NCBI RefSeq assembly: GCF_009914755.1
Contig: NC_060932.1
Source: the human T2T-CHM13v2.0 reference genome, Homo sapiens
Direction: 5' to 3' (one strand)
DNA length: 64,000 nucleotides
Below the pieces are notes generated by a model, which did not search any database, was not told the origin of the DNA, and saw only the letters and a list, made by a program, of their open reading frames with translations. Of this stretch, positions 51,901-64,000 are shown in pieces. Both the position numbers and the translations under genes were made by a program. Each line of letters opens with the position of its first letter. The stretch's first letter is position 1.

Positions 51901-53229
51901 TAAAGTCTGCTGCTGTGGGTTGCTGGAGTATTCTGCAGCTCTGCCTGCTCTGCCCTGGAGCAGACTCTTGATCCTGAACCCCAGACTTGCGACAGGGGCC
52001 TGTACTTCAAGTAACCTCTCACATCCGCTTCAGCCCAGCTGAGCTCCCCTGGAGCCCACTGGTGTCTGATGCCTCCTTGGGGCCAATCTCTCTAGGGATG
52101 CACTTGTCTCCTCTCAGCAGCTGTCCTCCTAGGGTGTGTGCTAGACCTCGGCTGATAATTGGGCTGCTCCAAGATGAAATAATAGTAATAGTAATAATGA
52201 TTACTATTATTATGTATAAGCTACTCTGTATTGGGTATTGTACATCTATTCTCTCTGGTTCCCTAATTATTATCACTATTTTACAGATGCATCCAAAGGC
52301 AACGAGTGAGCAAGGGGCTGAGCCTACACTGGAGCCTGAGGTCTTCCCAGACCCAGAACTTCACTGCCTCATGGACTCATGGAGCACATCATCAAGTCAG
52401 ATGTAGCTCCAAGAAGCCCTTTGTCATAAAATTTCAGAAATTGTCAGTTCATCCCGGGTCCACCCTGCATGCTTTCTGTGTTGTGACCCCAGGTATGCGC
52501 ACAGGCTTAGGAGAGGTAGGTGAGGCCCTTTGTGCTTTGGAGAAGCCCAGGACCAGAGCGGGTGTGCAGCTTCACAAACAAAATGCTTCCCAGTACCAAT
52601 TGCTCATATTGGGCAAATGAGGTCTGAAAACGAATATAAACCAGCCTACCCATGTCCTGAATTGCAGCCTTGTCTAGGCACTGCCTCCTGGCTAATTGCT
52701 TTTCTTAATAGTAGACAATAAAGCTGTAAAATCCATCAGCAGCTCAGGGTCCTGCTGGGCTCCCTATGCCCTGCAGCCTCTTAGGCAAGCCCCAGCACCT
52801 TGTGCAGATAACAGAAGGCATGGGATGCCGTGGGCCAGTGTGGAGAAGGTGTCCCCAAACCCTACCCTTTAAAGGTGGGGGTCCCCTCATTGGAAGGCTC
52901 CAGATATGGGATAAGAGGGGATTGGATGGATACCCAGAAAGAGGCTGAGCCCCAGGCAGACTGGGACTGGAACACTGGTCATCATCATTCACAAGCTGTG
53001 ACACCTGGTTTGCCTCACCTGTTCTTCCATCCTCATCATACAATGGGGATAGTACAAGTGCTGCTGTGCATCTTCCTGAGGATCCTGTCTGAAAATCTGA
53101 GAATATCAGGTACAGGACCCAGCACAGTGCCTGGTACATGGAAAAGTTTGGGGCTCCCTGTCCTTCCCTAGCAATAAGCCCTAATTTTGCCTTCAGGCCT
53201 AGAATGAGGACTTCTAAAAGGATGAAGAG

Positions 53230-54266
53230 GGGAGGTTGAGCCAAGATGGCCGAACAGGAACAGCTCCGGTCTACAGCTCCCAGCGTGAGCACTGCAGAAG
53301 ATGGGTGATTTCTGCATTTCCATCTGAGGTACCGGGTTCATCTCACTAGGGAGTGCCAGACAGTGGGTGCAGGACAGTGGGTGCAGCACACCGTGCGCAA
53401 GCTGAAGCAGGGTGAGGCATTGCCTCACTTGGGAAGTGCAAGGGGTCAGGGAGTTCCCTTTCCTAGTCAAAGAAAGAGGTGACAGAGAGCACCTGGAAAA
53501 TCAGGTCACTCCCACCCTAATACTGCGCTTTTCTGACAGGCTTAAAAAACGGTGCACCATGAGATTATATCCCGCACCTGGCTCGGAGGGTCCTACGCCC
53601 ACGGAGTCTCGCTGATTGCTAGCACAGCAGTCTGAGATCAAACTGCAAGGCGGCAGCAAGGCTGGGGGAGGGGCGCCCGACACTGCCCAGGCTTGCTTAG
53701 GTAAACAAAGCAGCCGGGAAGCTCCAACTGGGTGGAGCCCACCACAGCTCAAGGAGGCCTGCCTGCCTCTGTAGGCTCCACCTCCGGGGGCAGTGCACAG
53801 ACAAACAAAAAGACAGCAGTAACCTCTGCAGACTTAAATGTCCCAGTCTGACAGCTTTGAAGAGAGCAGTGGTTCTCCCAGCATGCAGCTGGAGATCTGA
53901 GAACAGGTAGACTGCCTCCTCAAGTGGGTCCCAGACTCCTGACCCCCGAGCAGCCTAACTGGGAGGCACCCCCCAGTAGGGGCAGACTGACACCTCACAC
54001 GATCAGGTACTCCTCTGAGACAAAACTTCCAGAGGAACGATCAGACAGCAGCATTCACGGTTCACAAAAATCCGCTGTTCTGCAGCCACCGCTGCTGTTA
54101 CCCAGGCAAACAGGGTCTGGAGTAGACCTCTAGCAAACTCCAACAGACCTTCAGCTGAGGGTCCTGTCTGTTAGAAGGAAAACTAACAAACAGAAAGGAC
54201 AGCCACACCAAAAACTCATCTGTACATCACCATCATCAAAGACCAAAAGTAGATAAAACCACAAAG
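53230..54266 (+). promoter_or_regulatory. L1 5'UTR internal promoter (sense and antisense)
   Basis: 1037-bp UTR; YY1 motif CAAGATGGCC at 53242-53251; CpGs partly decayed. Confidence 0.85.
53501..53683 (-). pseudogene. L1 ORF0 remnant
   Basis: GAPPPALLPPCSLISDCCASNQRDSVGVGPSEPG matches ORF0; initiator is GTG instead of ATG and there is a premature TGA after GVT. Confidence 0.85.
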
Positions 54267-55276
54267 ATGGGGAAAACACAGAGCAGAAAAACTGGAAACT
54301 CTAAAAAGCAGAGTGCCTCTCCTCCTCCAAAGGAACACAGTTCCTCACCAGCAACGGAACAAAGCTGGACGGAGAATGACTTTGACAAGTTGAGAGAAGA
54401 AGGCTTCAGACGATCATACTACTCCGAGCTACAGGAGGAAATTCAAACCAAAGGCAAAGAAGTTAAAAACTTTGAAAAACATTTAGACGAATGTATAACT
54501 AGAATAACCAATACAGAGAAGTGCTTAAAGGAGCTGGTGGAGCTGAAAGCCAAGGCTCGAGAACTACGTGAAGAATGCAGAAGCCTCAGGAGCCAATGCG
54601 ATCAACTGGAAGAAAGGGTATCAGTGATGGAAGATGAAATGAATGAAATGAAGCGAGAAGGGAAGTTTAGAGAAAAAAGAATAAAAAGAAACAAACAAAG
54701 CCTCCAAGAAATATGGGACTATGTGAAAAGACCAAATCTACGTCTGATTGGTGTACCAGAAAGTGACGGGGAGAATGGAACCAAGGTGGGAAACACTCTG
54801 CAGGATATTATCCAGGAGAACTTCCCCAATCTAGCAAGGCAGGCCAACATTCAGATTCAGGAAATACAGAGAACGCCACAAAGATACTCCTCGAGAAGAG
54901 CAACTCCAAGACACATAATTGTCAGATTCACCAAATTTGAAGGAAAAAATGTTAAGAGCAGCCAGAGAGAAAGGTCGGGTTACCCACAAAGGGAAGCCCA
55001 TCCGACTAACAGCAGATCTCTCAGCAGAAACTCTACAAGCCAGAAGAGAGTGGAGCCAATATTCAACATTCTTAAAGAAAAGAATTTTGACCCAGAATTT
55101 CATATCCAGCCAAACTAAGCTTCATAAGTGAAGGAGAAATAAAATACTTTACAGACAAGCAAATGCTGAGAGATTTTGTCACCACCAGGCCTGCCCTAAA
55201 AGAGCTCCTGAAGGAAGCACTAAACGTGGAAAGGAACAACCGGTATCAGCCACTGCAAAATCATGCCAAGTTGTAA
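54267..55276 (+). pseudogene. L1 ORF1p (RNA-binding chaperone), frameshifted
   Basis: MGKTQSRKTGNSK...RPNLRLIGVPE...PRHIIVRFTK then frameshift near 54935; further small deletions near 55055-55090; native stop at 55274-55276. Confidence 0.96.
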
Positions 55277-55339
55277 GGACCATCAAGGCTAGGAAGAAAC
55301 TGCATCAACTAACGAGCAAAATCACCAGCTAACATCATA

Positions 55340-59164
<3,825 letters not shown>

Positions 59165-60465
59165 ACAATGAGAACACATGGACACAGGAAGGGGAACATC
59201 ACACTCTGGGGACTGTTGTGGGTTGGGGGGAGGGGGGAGGGATAGCATTAGGAGATATACCTAATGCTAAATGATGAGTTAATGGGTGCAGCACACCAGC
59301 ATGGCACATGTATACATATGTAACTAACCTGCACATTGTGCACATGTACCCTAAAACTTAAAGTATAATTATAATAAAATAAAATAAAAAATAAAATAAA
59401 AATAAAAATAAAAGGATGAAGAGATGGAACTAGAGTTGGTAGGGGAGAGCATCACAAAGCAGAACCATGGGCTGGACTTTCTGGAGAACTCCTTCTTCCC
59501 CCTCATCAGGTTCTCCATCAGGAAGCGAGACCCCTGGGACCAGGAGGGCCCATAGCCCTGCCATTGAATGTGGCAGGGATAGGACAGTGATGGAGGCCAA
59601 TGCTCTGTGCCACCTTGAGAGAGAGCAGGACTGAGGAGGGGAGGGGCCAGGAGGGGATGGAGGAAGTAGAACGGGGCTGAGCTGTGGTGCCACAGAAGGA
59701 AGCCAGGAACCTAGGGGCCAGGAATCTTGGGGAACCTAGGTGCTTGACAGTGCCAGGTTCCCCAAAACAGAGACCCTTCCAGACAGGACCACCAGACCCT
59801 GGTGCCTCCCACCCAAGGGGATTGGGACTCCTTCTCCTGCAGCTAGGAAGCATTTTTTCACGGATATGAACAAGGGAAGGACAAACAGCCTCACTGGCTC
59901 AGAATTCCTTGTGGGCTATCAGGGAGGGGATGAACCCAGGAACCCCCTGCTCTCAGGACTGTCTCCAGCCACTCTCTCCTTCTTTGCCTGCAAATTTCCC
60001 TGCCTTTCCCGATCTGTTTGTAACTGGCTGTTGCCAGCTTCATCATTTATCGATACGCTCAGAACAGTTCCTGGAGCCCTTGGGAGGCAAAGTACTCCAG
60101 AGCCTTGTCAGATCAATACACAAGGGTGAGAAATTGTTGGAGGATTATAAGTAGTGGTTTACCCTGAACTCTGCCTACTGCAAAAGGAAAGGCCAAAAGG
60201 GAAATAGTTTACTTTCACTCCTGTATGGCTTTGCCATTTCAAAAGACAACATGAGTTGCTTCTAGCCCATGAGTGGCCCTCGCCTTTCCAACTGTAGACA
60301 CCTCTTCTAATGGAAAAATTGCACAGATACGGGGTTCCCACCCCTGCTAATTAAAGAGTAGCTATTGATCCTGGAAGAGTCACTTATCCTCTCCAAAGAT
60401 CAGGTGCTGCTTCCATAAGACTTTGATTGTATTAATAACTAAATTACATGGAGGATAGCATTTTA

Positions 60466-60873
60466 TTTATTTTTATTTTACTTTAAATTCTGAGATACAT
60501 GTGCAGAACACGCAGGTTTGTTACATAGGCATACATGTGCCTTGGTGGTTTGCTGTATATATCAACCCATCATCTAGGTTTTAAGCCCCCCATGCATTAG
60601 GTATTTGTCCTAATACTCTCCCTCCCCTTGCTCCCCACCCCCTGACAGGCCCCGGTGTGCATTGTTTCCCTCTCTGTGTCCATGTGTTCTCAGTGTTCAA
60701 CTCCCACTTCTGAGTAAGAACATGCGGTGTTTGGTTGTCTGTTCCTGTGTTAGTTTGCTGAGAATGATAGCTTCCAGCTTCATCCATGTCCCTGCAAAGG
60801 ACATGATCTCATTCTTTTTTAGTATTTCATAGTATTCCATGATGTGTATGTGCCACATTTTCTTTATCCAGTC
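60466..60873 (-). mobile_element. 5'-truncated L1 (L1PA8-like) 3' end
   Basis: Antisense L1 3'UTR with CTAGGTTTTAAGCCCCCCATGCATTAGGTATTTGTCCTAAT; TSD GA(G/T)GATAGCATTTTA at 60451-60465 and 60874-60888. Confidence 0.93.
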
Positions 60874-62158
60874 GATGATAGCATTTTAGATCTATTTAGA
60901 TGTTAATTCCTCCTCTGATTTTTCTCTTATGCTCACTGTGAACTTTCTGCTTGTCCAGAAACTTTAATCCCCTAATTATTAGTAATGCCTTTGTTTTCTA
61001 AGCTTCCATCTGGAGAAGAATTAACAATATCATTGAGAAATATTTGATGAATAAATACATAAATGAATGCCTTCACCAGTTAATCATAACCTATAAAATT
61101 GATGATGGGAATCCAGAAGTGGACTAGAAAGCTTCCTTAAAGTTTCAGCACTGCTATGTGCCTGGAGAAACCTTGGCCTTAAATGGAGAGGAGGATGAAC
61201 ATGAAGCCCAGAAGGACAATTTTTAATCTCAAGGTAAGCTAAACAGAGAGAGACCTTTCAGAACACAGACAGAGATGGTGGATGAGAAACGGGGTGGGAA
61301 CAGAGAAAAGGAGTTGGGGGAAAAAGGGGAAAGCTGGTGTAAAAGGAAACCAAAGAGCCCAAAGCTAAGGTCCCACACTCAGAGGGGCTGAAGGTGGTTA
61401 CCAGGGGTGGGTTAGGCCATGAGAGTGAATTGAAGGGAGGATAATATAGCATCAACTATCTGCATCTGTAATGGTGGTCCAAGCTTTGATCCCATCATCT
61501 GACCTGCTGCGGTGGGACCCTAGGGGGAAAGCATTGATGTCTCAAGTCCTTTTTGGAATAAGCTGCTATGGAAAATATTAAAATAAAAGTAATAAACAAC
61601 AAAGGAGATAGAAGCTCTGATTCTGTAAGGTTGAAATCCATCATCTGAGCCATGGTAGGCTGTCCTCGGCAGTCCCTGCCTACCCTGTTTACTAGATGAC
61701 AGTAAAGCTCTTAGGCAGAGCTAGGGCCTTCTGTCTGTCAGCAGGTGTCAGGCACCAACAGTGTGAGCACTAGTCCATCCCAGTGAGGAAAACAGGAATG
61801 GAAAGCCTGGCCCAGCCCTCACAGGACTTCTGGCCTAACACAGCATCAAACACAGCATGACAGAACAATCCAGAGAGTGTGGGCACAAAGAAATGCTGTA
61901 GGAGTCTCACTCAACAAACATACCAACTATTTTAGGATTCTGTGCCTGTGCAGAGAATCTCTGCTGCTGTGCTCTCCCTCCTCTACCAGTGGACAGAGGC
62001 TACTCACCCTTCATGTTCAGGTAGCAGAGCCTCCCTCCAGGAACACGCTGTACCCACTCCCCCTGATGGAGTAATGTAGTTGCGGTCTTGACCCTCTACC
62101 ATGGGGGCTTCCTGAGGACAGAAACTGGAGCACATGTGGCTAAATAGTTGTTGGATGA

Positions 62159-62577
<419 letters not shown>

Positions 62578-63029
62578 CTATAAAGTAAGAAAGTGGGTAG
62601 AATTTATGATTTTTTAACCCTTGCCCCACCAATCACAAAACTTTATCCAGATTTGCTTTTGCTGTGGCTTGTACTGCCCTCCCAAATTATGTTAACTTCA
62701 TAAATGTAAAGTTATGTGATAATATTTAGTATGATTTTATAAACTATAAATTCCACCCCCCGACCCTACCATCCTTCACCTCTTGAGAATCATTGGTCAC
62801 TCATGGCTCCATCCTCTCAATCTGAGGGTGTCTCCAGTTCTCAGGGGTGATTTTCACCAGTTTCCTTGTTCAATACAAGTTCATTAAGCATCTATTATGT
62901 GCTCTGTGTTGGGATAGTCTGTGAGCAGAGTGTCTCTGCTTTCATGGAGCTTACCAGCCAGCAAAGAAGGTAAGCAATGAGCAGGCAGTGAGGAAATGGT
63001 TCCACAGCTGTGGCTGTGATGAAACCAAC

Positions 63030-63280
63030 ATAGATTGAAAGCTTATGTGAAGCCAGGCACTGTGCCAAGGCCCCTACGTGCAGCATTTCATTGCAACCTC
63101 ACAAGAGCTGTGCAAAAGCAAGTGCTACCATCATTTCTTGTCTTATTATTGTTCAAAGTGAGACTCAGAAGGGTCAGGCCATCCGTGTAAGGAAACAGCT
63201 AATCAGTGGTGGTCTTGCAGTTGGACCTGGGATTGAACACGTGTGGTCTGTCTTCTGCCTATGTTCTTAACACCTAGACC
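63030..63280 (-). mobile_element. MIR SINE
   Basis: GCCAGGCACTGTGCCAAG...CAACCTCACAA...TGAGACTCAGAAGGG...GGGATTGAAC. Confidence 0.65.
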
Positions 63281-64000
63281 AGATTGAGTCCTATGTTAGA
63301 GAAGTCCAAGAAGCTACGGGAGCCAGAGCAAAAGCAAAAGCCTTTCAACAGCATGTACAATGCCCCAAGGCACAAGAGCAAAGTCTATGTGAGGAAATTC
63401 ACTACCACTACAGTGGCAGAGGGGGTCAAGTGCAAGGAGGAGAAAGGCCAGATACTGGACAGGCAGCTCTTCTCTGCTCCTCCTCCTGGGTTTGGGGATC
63501 CTCAAGCCCCAGGTAGAGATAAATCTTTTCTGGTCAGGCACAGTGAGTTGGGCCCAGACCCATCCTAACTAATTGCCTAGAAGTGCTGTTTTCTTTTTAC
63601 CTCCTGCCTTCTGGTCCCAAGACCACTCTTAGCTTAGCAGTTTTCCTCTTTTTTTTTTTTATTTTTTATTAACCAGACCTGACAGGCACAAGGATGGAGC
63701 CACTACTTGTTTCCATAATCGTTTGACGAGCACATAATGAGAATCGCTTATCAGATAAATATGCTGCAATTAGCTTGGAACCACAATGCCATCTGTGTTT
63801 TTTTAACACCCAAATGTGGTTGAAGTTGACGGCAGGAGCTCTTCTGAAGATGCAGAGACAGGCAGAATGACACCTGAGGGGGATCCCAGGAAATGACATG
63901 GCCAGGTGTTAGAGACAGAAGTCTGAAGAGTCTGGGCCCTTTCCTGGTGACTCAGGGCTGTAGGGTCAACTCTGGCTGGGGATCTGAAAGGAAACTGTCA

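Noticed and set aside
52744-53292. 182-aa minus-strand ORF crossing the L1 5' junction
   Set aside because: Chimeric frame starting at a non-ATG codon in the L1 UTR and running into flanking DNA; no protein features.
63648-63670. Poly-T as the tail of a minus-strand processed pseudogene
   Set aside because: No TSD and no recognisable mRNA or ORF adjacent.

Overview
Primate (human-like) non-coding genomic DNA, intergenic or deep intronic, and mostly made of transposon remnants. No host protein-coding exon, RNA gene, CRISPR array or prokaryotic feature can be supported. The only real coding signal is a full-length but disabled LINE-1 of L1PA3 type (53230-59409, 14-bp TSD, frameshifted ORF1 and ORF2, dead ORF0) and a gag-like remnant in a complete THE1D-type MaLR element (29679-31830). 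Eight Alus, a 5'-truncated L1PA8-like copy, solo LTRs (LTR47, MLT2B, MLT1, LTR16-like, LTR41-like), hAT MITEs (MER5, MER20), and many old L1M, L2 and MIR fragments fill much of the rest. Subfamily names come from my recollection of consensus sequences and need RepeatMasker/Dfam confirmation; boundaries of old repeats are approximate. I found no convincing undescribed biological system. The best second-look items are the retained ZNF93-target segment in the L1, a perfect 73-bp tandem duplication, a duplication carrying a fold-back insertion, a nested LTR cluster, and several repeat-free motif-dense islands that may be enhancers.
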